Positions 8,394-16,349 of a stretch of DNA of 32,000 bases are shown in pieces; the stretch's first letter is position 1; every line of letters begins with the position of its first letter. The notes beneath the pieces were generated by a model that was not told where the DNA came from, did not search any database, and saw only the letters and a list, made by a program, of their open reading frames with translations. A program made the translations under genes and the position numbers. The stretch lies in assembly GCF_003324675.1 (NCBI RefSeq), contig NZ_CP030918.1:2640001-2672000 (forward strand), given 5' to 3'. The stretch is from Paracoccus suum. Lineage in GTDB: Bacteria; Pseudomonadota; Alphaproteobacteria; Rhodobacterales; Rhodobacteraceae.

Positions 8394-9374
8394 TTATCGC
8401 GCCACTGCCGACCAGAGCCTGATGCCCTGAACGGCGTCGGCGACATTATGTACACGGTGAATCTGCACCCCTTGGCCCAGCGCCGCAAGCGTCAGCGCGA
8501 GCGTGCCGGGATCGCGACCCGCGCCCGGCGCCCCGCCGCCGATGGTGCCGACGAATTTCTTGCGCGAGACACCCAGCATCAGGGCGCAACCGAGACCGTG
8601 GAACAGCGCGATGCCACGCAGCAGCGCGATGTTGTGGTCCTGCGACTTGCCAAAGCCGATGCCGGGATCAACCGCGATGCGGGCGCGAGGGATACCAGCC
8701 GCCTCGGCCGCCGCGACGCGCGCCTCCAACACCTCGTAGACGTCCAGCAGCACGTCATCGTAATGCGGATCATCCTGCATCGTCTCGGGCGTGCCCTGGG
8801 CGTGCATGAGGACCAGATCGGCCGTGCTGGCGGCGATGACGCCGGCCATCGCCGGATCGAAGGACAGGGCCGAGACATCGTTGATAATCCCTGCCCCAGC
8901 ATCCAGCGCCATCCGCGCCACAGGCGCCTTGCGCGTGTCGACCGAGAGCGGCGCCAGACCGGCGAGGGCGCCGAGCACCGGACCGATGCGCGCGGCCTCG
9001 ACCGCGGCCGGCACTTGGGTCGCGCCGGGCCGGGTCGATTCCCCGCCGATATCAAGAATCGCGGCCCCTGCCGCAACGAGCTCGCGGCCATGGCGCACAG
9101 CGGTGTCGGGATCGAACCACTGCCCGCCATCGGAAAAACTGTCCGGGGTGACGTTGATGATACCCATCACCTGCGGCGCGCCCAGGTCCAGCCCGGCAAA
9201 GCTGCGTCGCCCGGTGAAGGCCGCCAGTACTTCCGGCGGTGCTGCCTCAGCCGCGATCCGGTGCGGGGAGCGGCTGCGCGAGAGCACCTCGAATGCGGCA
9301 AAGCGCAAGGGACCCCCGGCGAGCGGCGGCCCCTCGTCAGCAACGATCGGGCGATAGAACTGGCGTTCGTCCAA
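8394..9374 (-). CDS. folP: Dihydropteroate synthase
   Basis: Pterin-binding domain motifs VMGIINVTPDSFSDGG and LDIGGESTRPG. The conserved folP-glmM order is present. The longest ORF starts at TTG 9372-9374 and gives an N-terminal extension of about 70 aa. Internal TTG or GTG starts are possible, so the 5' end is uncertain. Confidence 0.9.
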   Translation of the reverse strand: MDERQFYRPIVADEGPPLAGGPLRFAAFEVLSRSRSPHRIAAEAAPPEVLAAFTGRRSFAGLDLGAPQVMGIINVTPDSFSDGGQWFDPDTAVRHGRELVAAGAAILDIGGESTRPGATQVPAAVEAARIGPVLGALAGLAPLSVDTRKAPVARMALDAGAGIINDVSALSFDPAMAGVIAASTADLVLMHAQGTPETMQDDPHYDDVLLDVYEVLEARVAAAEAAGIPRARIAVDPGIGFGKSQDHNIALLRGIALFHGLGCALMLGVSRKKFVGTIGGGAPGAGRDPGTLALTLAALGQGVQIHRVHNVADAVQGIRLWSAVAR

Positions 9375-9416
9375 GCAACCTCGCGCCCCCGGCGCCCCCG
9401 GGCCGCGGAGGCTGCG

Positions 9417-10334
9417 TCACAAACCGCGGCCGCCCACGGCGCCATAATATTCGCCGGTGATGTAGCTTGCTTCGTCCGAGGCGAGCAAGACGTAGATCGG
9501 CGCGATCTCGACCGGCATCCCCGGCCGCCCGAGTGGCGTGTCGGCGCCATGCTCCATGTATTTTTCGCGCGGCTGACCGCCCGAAGTCTGCAGCACCGTC
9601 CAGAACGGCCCCGGACAGACCGCGTTCACCCGGATCCCTTTGGGCGCGAGTTGCTTGGCGAGCGATTGCGCAAAGGCGCGGTTGGCAGCCTTGGTCTGCG
9701 CATAGTCGAAGAGCGTCTCGGACGGCGAGAACCCCTGCACCGACGACGTGATTATGATCGATGCGCCGGATTTCAGATGCTTCAGCGCAGCCTTGGTGAT
9801 CCAGAAGGGCGCGTAGCAGTTGGTCTTGAAGGTGGCGTCGAAATCCTCGGTGCTCAGATCCTCGATGCTGTCGCACCATTGTTGGCGGCCGGCATTGTTG
9901 ACCAGAATCTCCAGCCCGCCGAGGCCGGCCACCGCATCAGCGACCAGCTTGTTGCAGGCCTCCTCCTCGCGGATGTCCGCCGGCAGGGCGACCGCCTTGC
10001 GGCCCTCGGCTTCGATCAGGGTGATGATCTTGCGCGCGTCCTCTTCCTCGGCCGGCAGGTAACTGATCGCGACGTCCGCACCCTCGCGGGCAAAGGCAAT
10101 CGCGACCGCGGCGCCGATGCCGCTGTCGCCGCCGGTGATCAGCGCGCGCTTGCCCGTGAGGCGGCCGGTCCCGCGATAGCTGGTCTCGCCCAGGTCGGGG
10201 CGCGGCTCCATCTTTGCATCGAGGCCGGGCCAAGGCTGGTCCTGCTCGGGAAAAGGCGGCGCTGGCAGGTCCGGTTCGGTGATCACGCCGCTGCGATGCG
10301 GGGTTCGGACGGGGTCGCTCGTGTCGTCGGCCAT
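9417..10334 (-). CDS. SDR family oxidoreductase (YghA/YhdF-like)
   Basis: GKRALITGGDSGIGAAVAIAFAREGADVAISYL cofactor motif, the NNAG motif, and the catalytic YAQTK (YxxxK). ATG 10332-10334. Confidence 0.9.
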   Translation of the reverse strand: MADDTSDPVRTPHRSGVITEPDLPAPPFPEQDQPWPGLDAKMEPRPDLGETSYRGTGRLTGKRALITGGDSGIGAAVAIAFAREGADVAISYLPAEEEDARKIITLIEAEGRKAVALPADIREEEACNKLVADAVAGLGGLEILVNNAGRQQWCDSIEDLSTEDFDATFKTNCYAPFWITKAALKHLKSGASIIITSSVQGFSPSETLFDYAQTKAANRAFAQSLAKQLAPKGIRVNAVCPGPFWTVLQTSGGQPREKYMEHGADTPLGRPGMPVEIAPIYVLLASDEASYITGEYYGAVGGRGL

Positions 10335-10437
10335 GACGCGCTCCTGCGGTGGGGACGGGCAAGGGGAACGGACCTCGCCGCGCGAGGTTCCACCCCCCTT
10401 GCCGCGCGCCCCCGCGATCGGCTAGGCCATCGCCGTC

Positions 10438-10527
10438 GGGGGCGTGGCAGAGCGGTTGATTGCACCGGTCTTGAAAACCGACGTGGGGGAAACTCCACCG
10501 TGGGTTCGAATCCCACCGCCCCCGCCA
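10438..10527 (+). tRNA. tRNA-Ser (anticodon UGA), class II with a long variable arm and encoded CCA
   Basis: Hand fold: acceptor GGGGGCG/CGCCCCC; D arm GCA-GAGCGGTTGAT-TGC; anticodon arm CCGGT-CT-TGA-AA-ACCGA (one C:A mismatch); variable arm GTGGGG-GAAA-CTCCAC; T arm GTGGG-TTCGAAT-CCCAC; discriminator G + CCA. Near-identical layout to E. coli tRNA-Ser(UGA). Confidence 0.95.
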
Positions 10528-10554
10528 CCGTTACCAAGGCGTTCTTGGACCGGA

Positions 10555-11574
10555 CTAGGCTTCGACGAGGTGCCGGCACAGGTTCTCGATCGCCTTGTGT
10601 CGAACTTTCGGCACACGCGCGTTCAGCACGTCTTCCGCAAGCTCAGACTCGCGCATCTGCAGGAGGTTCAGCGCCAAGCTAAGGGTTTTGACATTGGCGA
10701 TGTCCTCAAGAGATCGGGCGCAGTATTGCCGTGCCAAGGGTGGCCGGCCCGCGCGTTTTGCGAGCATCGCCATCAGGTACAGGCTCTTCCAGTCCGGCAG
10801 GCCGTTAGCCTTCTCTCGCTGGGCAGCGAGAGCAAGGGCCTTCGCCGGGTCGGTGTCCTTCCACCGCCGCCACACAAGATTGTAAAAGTAGTTGGACGTA
10901 GGCACCTTCGTTGACTGGCGCACCAGCCTGCGGGCGGCACCGAGGTCAACCTGAGGCGCCAGCAACCCTTCAAGGAAGGTAGACAGCAGCCCGGCGGTCT
11001 TGAGTTGTTGAAGGGCACCATGGCCGGCCAGAGGGGCCTTGATCGCGACCGTGCCCGGAACTTGCAATGCCCGCTTCGCCTGCGCGGCGTCCAAGGTGTC
11101 CAGCGGGTCAAATATTACCAGCTTCTCTATGCCTTCGCTGATGGAGTGCGGATCGTCTCTCGAGAGTAGGGCAACCTTCTCGGCTTCTGCTGGCCACCGC
11201 GTCTCTGTCGGCATCACCGAACGATCGATCGAGTACTGCGGCGCCACAGCGATGGCGCGCTCTGCCCCAAAAAAGCCGGCCAGACGAAGCGCAGCATGCC
11301 CCCCCATGCTGGAGCCATACGTGATCACCCGATTGTAGCCGTGGTTCTCGTAGCCGATCTTGCGACGAAGCATCTCGAACTCTCTGGTATGGTACCACTC
11401 ATTCCGGCGGGCCCGGATCGCAAGGTACGAGATGCCGCGCGAGGCGAGAAAACTTGTCGCGAAGGGCCGCGAGGGTGGTCGTTTGGCGAAATTCGAGAAC
11501 GTAACAATCAGCTGATCGCCACCAAGAGGCCGGTACTCGCCAAGGAGGTCTTCCCCTTCGAATTCAGTTGCCAT
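10555..11574 (-). CDS. Alpha/beta-hydrolase fold protein with a C-terminal helical (TPR-like) region
   Basis: 339 aa. Nucleophile elbow VITYGSSMGGHAAL (G-x-S-x-G). The C-terminal third is helical and repeat-like (DPAKALALAAQREKANGLPDWKSLYLMAMLAKRAGRPPLARQYCARSLE). ATG 11572-11574, stop TAG 10555-10557. Confidence 0.7.
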   Translation of the reverse strand: MATEFEGEDLLGEYRPLGGDQLIVTFSNFAKRPPSRPFATSFLASRGISYLAIRARRNEWYHTREFEMLRRKIGYENHGYNRVITYGSSMGGHAALRLAGFFGAERAIAVAPQYSIDRSVMPTETRWPAEAEKVALLSRDDPHSISEGIEKLVIFDPLDTLDAAQAKRALQVPGTVAIKAPLAGHGALQQLKTAGLLSTFLEGLLAPQVDLGAARRLVRQSTKVPTSNYFYNLVWRRWKDTDPAKALALAAQREKANGLPDWKSLYLMAMLAKRAGRPPLARQYCARSLEDIANVKTLSLALNLLQMRESELAEDVLNARVPKVRHKAIENLCRHLVEA

Positions 11575-11702
11575 GGTATTCTAGCTTTCGTCAAACAATG
11601 GTAGGCGAACCCATCTAGCTGCGTGGCTGTCCCCTTGTCCACTCAACTTATGAGGGTGTAGACCGCGCGCTCGTACCCTCTTGGCCTTCTGGAGCCCGCC
11701 CA

Positions 11703-12383
11703 ATGGTTATGATCAGCTACCCCCACAAATTCGTGTTTTTAAAGACACATAAGACTGGGGGTACCTCCTTTGAGATGCTGCTCGAGCCGTGGTGCACTCC
11801 ACCCGGCCACGTTGTAAGAGAGCGGGTACCAGAGATGGTGACGGACTATGGGATCGTGGGCGCTCGTCTTAACCGCGGCCCCCAAAAACCCTACTGGCGA
11901 AACCACGCCTCAGCCAAACAGGTCGTCGCTCACCTGGGAGAGGCCTTCTGGGACGAGTACAAGCGGATCATCTCCGTCCGCAATCCCTACCGGCGCGCGA
12001 TTTCGCAGTTTTACTGGCAAACGACATGGAAGAAATTGACCCTTCCCGACAGCGTGGACGAGCAGCGGGTTATGTTCTCGGACTTCGTGCTGAGCGACAG
12101 TTTCAAATCGGACTACTACATCACCCATGCCGATGGCCGTTATGTGGCCACGCACATGTTCCGCTTGGAACACAGGGACGAAGATATAATCAAGGTCGGC
12201 GAAGCTTTAGGCATCCCCTTGCGACCGGAAGACTTACCGAAAACCAAGGAAAACTCAGACCGCAAGCCGGACGCAGATTTCCGGACCTTCTTTTCAAAGA
12301 AGGAAGAGGATGCGGTGCGCGACAAGCAAGGGTGGGTCTTCGAGCACTGCGGCTACGACGAGTCTTCCGCCGCGGCCTTCTGA
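11703..12383 (+). CDS. Sulfotransferase family protein (Sulfotransfer_2-like)
   Basis: 5'-phosphosulfate-binding loop FLKTHKTGGTSF near the N-terminus, the candidate catalytic His in RNHASAKQV, and the 3'-phosphate-binding motif SVRNPYRRAISQFYW. Confidence 0.8.
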   Translation: MVMISYPHKFVFLKTHKTGGTSFEMLLEPWCTPPGHVVRERVPEMVTDYGIVGARLNRGPQKPYWRNHASAKQVVAHLGEAFWDEYKRIISVRNPYRRAISQFYWQTTWKKLTLPDSVDEQRVMFSDFVLSDSFKSDYYITHADGRYVATHMFRLEHRDEDIIKVGEALGIPLRPEDLPKTKENSDRKPDADFRTFFSKKEEDAVRDKQGWVFEHCGYDESSAAAF

Positions 12384-12403
12384 AGACCTGTTATCCGCGA
12401 CCT

Positions 12404-12434
12404 TCGTGGCGCTGCCGGATCCCGGCGGAGCCAC
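12404..12434. terminator. Strong stem-loop between convergent genes (possible bidirectional terminator; no U-tract)
   Basis: cgtggcgctgccgg-atc-ccggcggagccacg forms a 14-position stem with one mismatch, one G:U and a 3-nt loop. It lies between stop 12383 (+) and stop 12450 (-). Confidence 0.35.
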
Positions 12435-12449
12435 GACGGCCCCGGAACC

Positions 12450-13340
12450 CTAGAGGAAGTTAACGCCGCCCCAGCGAGCTTTGTAAGACTCTAGGTCTGG
12501 GAGATATCTCGCGTTAATTCTCTGCCGCTCATTCTCCGGGTAGGGCGAGCCTGGCGCGTAGCCAGAGGCAACAGCATATTTCGCGTTGATCATCTCGGTC
12601 AGGGGCAGGCAGTTTGTCGGGCCAATCGCAGGCGCAAGGTCCGCGAGCACGTCCAGGGTCTTTTGCGACAGCGAGGGGCGCGTGGCCTCAGGCGCGTATT
12701 CGGCGACAAGACGCGGGCCCAGGTCAGTCCCGGTAAGTCGGTTGACGAGGTCCGGCAGCAGGTCTCTGAACGAGGCGAAGTCCCAGATCGTGACGGCACT
12801 TTCTCCGAAGACATCAACCATCGGCTCGATCACCGAACTCCAGCTCCAAGCCATCGGATCGAAGGCGCCGGCATACTCCTCAGCGGGGATAAAACCCTGG
12901 TTGCGGACAATTTCCGAGTACATCGAAGAAAAGAAATCGCCATATCGGCGCACCGAGAAATACACCTCTATCTGGCGGTCGCCGAACACTTCCTTCAGCG
13001 TCTCCAGCCGCTGCCGGGTATTTGCATAGAATCCGCCGTCCTTGAGAACTTGTCGCGGCGTGCCGATGATGTTTTCGTCGGTGAGGATCCAGTCATTCGC
13101 CTCTGGCATCACCCTTCGCAGAGCCGTCCTCGTATCCGGGCGAGGACCACGCTCAGGCTTTTTTACCTGCTGCCTGACCGCAGCAAAGTACATTTCCAGC
13201 CAATCCGGTCGCAGCTGGCGCGGGGCGGTGACAGAGGTTCCCGCCGCCTCCAGCAGGTCCGCATTCTTTATCAAGATGCCCTGGAGATGGGTCGTGGCAG
13301 TTTTATGCGCCCCAAGGTAAAGCTTGATCGTGGATGTCAT
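12450..13340 (-). CDS. Divergent sulfotransferase-fold (P-loop-like) hypothetical protein
   Basis: Trimmed to ATG 13338-13340 (GGAG about 9 nt upstream): MTSTIKLYLGAHKTATTHLQGIL... The N-terminal loop G-x-HKTATT resembles a PAPS 5'-phosphosulfate loop, and FSVRRYGDFFSSMYSE resembles the R...S 3'-phosphate motif. The assignment rests on motif resemblance only. Confidence 0.6.
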   Translation of the reverse strand: MTSTIKLYLGAHKTATTHLQGILIKNADLLEAAGTSVTAPRQLRPDWLEMYFAAVRQQVKKPERGPRPDTRTALRRVMPEANDWILTDENIIGTPRQVLKDGGFYANTRQRLETLKEVFGDRQIEVYFSVRRYGDFFSSMYSEIVRNQGFIPAEEYAGAFDPMAWSWSSVIEPMVDVFGESAVTIWDFASFRDLLPDLVNRLTGTDLGPRLVAEYAPEATRPSLSQKTLDVLADLAPAIGPTNCLPLTEMINAKYAVASGYAPGSPYPENERQRINARYLPDLESYKARWGGVNFL

Positions 13341-13801
13341 GGTTGCTCCGACACTTAACTGGGACGCTGCGCGCCCCATAACTTACCCCCTGCAGAGGAG
13401 CCAGTTCAAAACCGGCAAATCCGGCCGAAGCGCGCCAGGTTGCCTGCCGTCCATGAAAGGCGCTTACTTCGCGGGACGGGGCCGGACTGACAGTGCGCGT
13501 GGGCTAAGATGGCTCTCGCGTTCAACTCGGATTGGACCGTCTGCCGCGCTGCCCAACTTCGCCACAGAGCGGGACTCATTGGCTCGGACCCTGCCGGGCA
13601 GTCCGCAGGCGAGCGTCGGCGGCGCCCGTCGCGACGACGGCCCCAGCCCCTAGCGAGAAAATGGACCAACGTCCGTGACGTCCAGTGCCCACGACGGGCG
13701 GCCCGCGGATCGGATTCGCTCTACCGCGAGTTGATGGCCAGTCGCCACTCATTCCGTTAAATTGGCGCCAGCCCCACCACATTCCGCGCTGCGAGGAAGC
13801 A

Positions 13802-14713
13802 ATGGACCGCCTTGAATGCGACCGGATGTTCCTCGCCGTCATCGAGACCGGCAGCTTCACGGAGGCCGCGGGCAGGCTGGGGACGCGGTCGGGTCAGGCC
13901 TCAAAACTGATTTCCCGGCTAGAAGCCGAGTTGGGCGTGCGGCTGCTCAACCGCACAACGCGGTCCGTGGCACCGACCGAGGCTGGCCGAGCGTATTACG
14001 ATCGGCTGCGGCCGCTCGTGGACGAGTTGGACACGCTCGACCTCGACATCCGCAACATCTCCCAGTCTCCGCGCGGGCGCCTGCGCATGACGGCACCGCT
14101 GACATTCGGCACGCTGGAACTGGTTCCGGCCCTGAATGATTTCGCGCGGCTTTACCCGGATATCGAACTGGACGTCGCCTTCTCGGACCGGCTGGTCAAC
14201 GTCGTGGATGAGGGGTTCGACCTTGCCATCCGCGTCGGGCGACCGGGGGATTCGACCCTCATCCTGCGCCGATTGTGCGCGGTCCGGATCGTACTGGTCG
14301 GCGCGCCATCCTATGTCGAAAAGCATGGGGCGCCGGCGACGCCCCCGGCTCTCTCGCGGCATTCCTGCATCATCGACACCAACTACCGGGACCCCAACCG
14401 CTGGCCCTTCAAGGGCAAGAATGGCGAGGCCGAGATGACTGCCGTTGCCGGCCGGGTTCGCTATTCGAATGCCGAGGCCTGCGTTCAGGCCGCCGAAATG
14501 GGCCTGGGACTCGCCTATGTCCCGGCCTTTGTTGCGGGCGAGGCGCTCCGCGCGGGCAGGCTGCTGAGGCTGCTGCAGCAATTTGAAATCGATCCCTATG
14601 ATGTGCAGGCGCTCTATCCGCACAGCCGCCATCTGGCGGTTAAGGTTCGCCTGGTGATCGATTTCCTCACCGAGAGATACCGGCAGACCCCGCACTGGGA
14701 TCAAGGCTGGTAG
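13802..14713 (+). CDS. LysR family transcriptional regulator
   Basis: Trimmed to ATG 13802: MDRLECDRMFLAVIETGSFTEAAGRLGTRSGQASKLISRLEAELGVRLLNRTTRSV (LysR wHTH) plus a C-terminal substrate-binding domain. Confidence 0.92.
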   Translation: MDRLECDRMFLAVIETGSFTEAAGRLGTRSGQASKLISRLEAELGVRLLNRTTRSVAPTEAGRAYYDRLRPLVDELDTLDLDIRNISQSPRGRLRMTAPLTFGTLELVPALNDFARLYPDIELDVAFSDRLVNVVDEGFDLAIRVGRPGDSTLILRRLCAVRIVLVGAPSYVEKHGAPATPPALSRHSCIIDTNYRDPNRWPFKGKNGEAEMTAVAGRVRYSNAEACVQAAEMGLGLAYVPAFVAGEALRAGRLLRLLQQFEIDPYDVQALYPHSRHLAVKVRLVIDFLTERYRQTPHWDQGW

Positions 14714-14936
14714 CCATTACCATCCATCGGGAAGCAATTATCTTCCCCGCCCGAAGATTATCGCTGCTTTGGTCATGGGCTAGGTTCTTCCGCATGACGG
14801 AGCCTGTGGGCCACGGATGCCAGGCGTCCCCCTGAGAGGTCGCCGCACTGACATCACGCTCGGCTAGGCCTCGGCAACGGCGCTAACGCCCAACCTGGCA
14901 GCCTGCTGCCTGAACCTTGCTTCAAGGAACATAACC

Positions 14937-15377
14937 ATGACCTACGCAACAACCTCCGCCGAACGCGCGTCGCTGATCGACGGCGTCTCCAATGCCGACC
15001 TCGCCGCGACCGTCCTGCGCGTCACCCTGGGCGTCCTTTTCCTCGCCCACGCCGGGCTTAAGCTGTTCATTTTCACGCCGTCCGGCACCGCGGGCTACTT
15101 CGCCAGCCTCGGCCTGCCTGCTGCGCTGGCTTATCTGGTCATGGCGGCAGAACTGTTTGGCGGCATCGCCCTGATCCTCGGCGCGTACACGCGCTGGGTG
15201 TCGCTGGCGCTGGTGCCGATCCTGCTTGGCTCGATCTACGCGCCGCACGGCGCGGCCGGCTTTTTCTTCTCGAACGAAGGCGGCGGCTGGGAATTCCCGG
15301 CGTTCTGGGCGGTGACGCTGGTCGTCCAGGCCCTCCTCGGCGACGGCGCCTGGTCGCTGAACCGCGACCGCACCTGA
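14937..15377 (+). CDS. DoxX family membrane protein
   Basis: 146 aa with four predicted TM segments. LRVTLGVLFLAHAGLKLF and AAELFGGIALILG are DoxX-like. The Shine-Dalgarno AAGGA lies at 14924-14928. Confidence 0.85.
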   Translation: MTYATTSAERASLIDGVSNADLAATVLRVTLGVLFLAHAGLKLFIFTPSGTAGYFASLGLPAALAYLVMAAELFGGIALILGAYTRWVSLALVPILLGSIYAPHGAAGFFFSNEGGGWEFPAFWAVTLVVQALLGDGAWSLNRDRT

Positions 15378-15435
15378 CCTTTCTCTCGCCGGCCGCGGAG
15401 CTTCTCCGCGGCCGCATTCCCCGAGGACATCTGCC

Positions 15436-16299
15436 ATGAGTGCCGCGAACGCCCTTTTCGACATGAATGCTGCGCCGATGCGGATTGGAACCGTCCGGCT
15501 GAAGGTGCGCGATCTGGATACGGTCGCCGCCTTTTATCGCAAGGTCCTCGGCCTTGAAGCGACCGAAAGCGGCGCTGCCCGCACGCTACTTGGGACCGGC
15601 AGGACCCCGCTGCTGGAACTCCAGAGCGAGACGGCCCTCGTTCCCCGCGACCCGCGACAGGCCGGGCTCTTTCACACAGCTTTCCTGATGCCCAGCCGCG
15701 CCGACCTCTGCCGCTGGGTCGCCCACGTCGTCGAGGCTGGGGTGCCGCTGCAAGGCGCATCCGACCACATCGTCAGCGAGGCGCTCTATCTCGCTGACCC
15801 CGAGGGAAACGGAATCGAGGTTTATGCCGACCGACCGTTCGCAAGCTGGGCCACGCCGACCGGCGAGGTGCGCTTGTCGACCGATCCGCTCGACGTGCGG
15901 GACCTGCTCGCGAGCGCGGCCGGCACCGCTTGGACAGGCTTTCCCGAACGCGGCTGCATCGGCCATGTCCACCTGCAGGTGGGTGAGACCGAGGCGGCGG
16001 ACCGCTTTTACCGCGACATCCTCGGCTTCGACATCGCGACCCGCTATACCGGCGCCAGCTTCTACGGCAGCGGCGGCTATCACCACCAGCTTGCCGGGAA
16101 CGTCTGGAACAGCCGCCATGCAGGCAAACGCCCCGCGGGCATGGCCGGGTTGGACGCAGTCGGAATCGTCGTCCGCGACGGCGCGAACCTCGACGCCATC
16201 GCCGCGCGGGCAGAGACTGCCGGTCTCCCGGTCACCCAAAATCCCGATGGCCTCACCTTTCGAGACCCTTGGGGAACGAAGATCCGGCTGAATCGCTGA
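15436..16299 (+). CDS. VOC family protein (two-module glyoxalase / ring-cleaving extradiol dioxygenase-like)
   Basis: 287 aa with two tandem VOC modules (IGTVRLKVRDLDTVAAFYRKVLGLE and IGHVHLQVGETEAADRFYRDILGFD). The Shine-Dalgarno GAGGA lies 8 nt upstream. Confidence 0.85.
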   Translation: MSAANALFDMNAAPMRIGTVRLKVRDLDTVAAFYRKVLGLEATESGAARTLLGTGRTPLLELQSETALVPRDPRQAGLFHTAFLMPSRADLCRWVAHVVEAGVPLQGASDHIVSEALYLADPEGNGIEVYADRPFASWATPTGEVRLSTDPLDVRDLLASAAGTAWTGFPERGCIGHVHLQVGETEAADRFYRDILGFDIATRYTGASFYGSGGYHHQLAGNVWNSRHAGKRPAGMAGLDAVGIVVRDGANLDAIAARAETAGLPVTQNPDGLTFRDPWGTKIRLNR

Positions 16300-16317
16300 G
16301 GTCCACGTGCGGGGAGC

Positions 16318-16349
16318 CAAAACGGGTCGCTGAAAGGCGGCTCGTTTTG
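16318..16349. terminator. Hairpin between convergent genes with an A-rich 5' arm and a U-rich 3' arm (candidate bidirectional terminator)
   Basis: caaaacgggtcgc-tgaaag-gcggctcgttttg forms a 13-bp stem (two G:U) with a 6-nt loop. It lies between the VOC stop (16299) and the LysR stop (16350). Confidence 0.5.

Larger units (their letters stand above)
10528..13400. other. Lower-GC accessory islet immediately 3' of tRNA-Ser (no integrase, no att repeat found)
   Basis: Three genes with patchy accessory-type functions. Hand-counted lines give 42% (11701-11760) and 48% (12241-12300) GC, against 65-72% elsewhere. The islet starts 28 nt after the tRNA 3' end. The right boundary is not defined. Confidence 0.45.

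Noticed and set aside
8391-10682. 763-aa + strand ORF
   Set aside because: It runs antisense through folP and the SDR gene and straight across the tRNA-Ser gene. It has an Arg/Gly/Ala-rich noise composition and cannot be real.
10528-13801. Search for an attR-like direct repeat of the tRNA-Ser 3' end (ggttcgaatcccaccgcccccgcca) and for an integrase
   Set aside because: Reading by eye, I found no convincing repeat; only trivial cccacc matches, for example near 13770. No integrase-like ORF was found either. The region is therefore called an islet by composition and position only, not a mobile element.
13685-13801. Upstream extension of the LysR ORF (track start 13685)
   Set aside because: The extension (MPTTGGPRIGFALPRVDG...) precedes the canonical LysR N-terminus, and the HTH begins right after ATG 13802.
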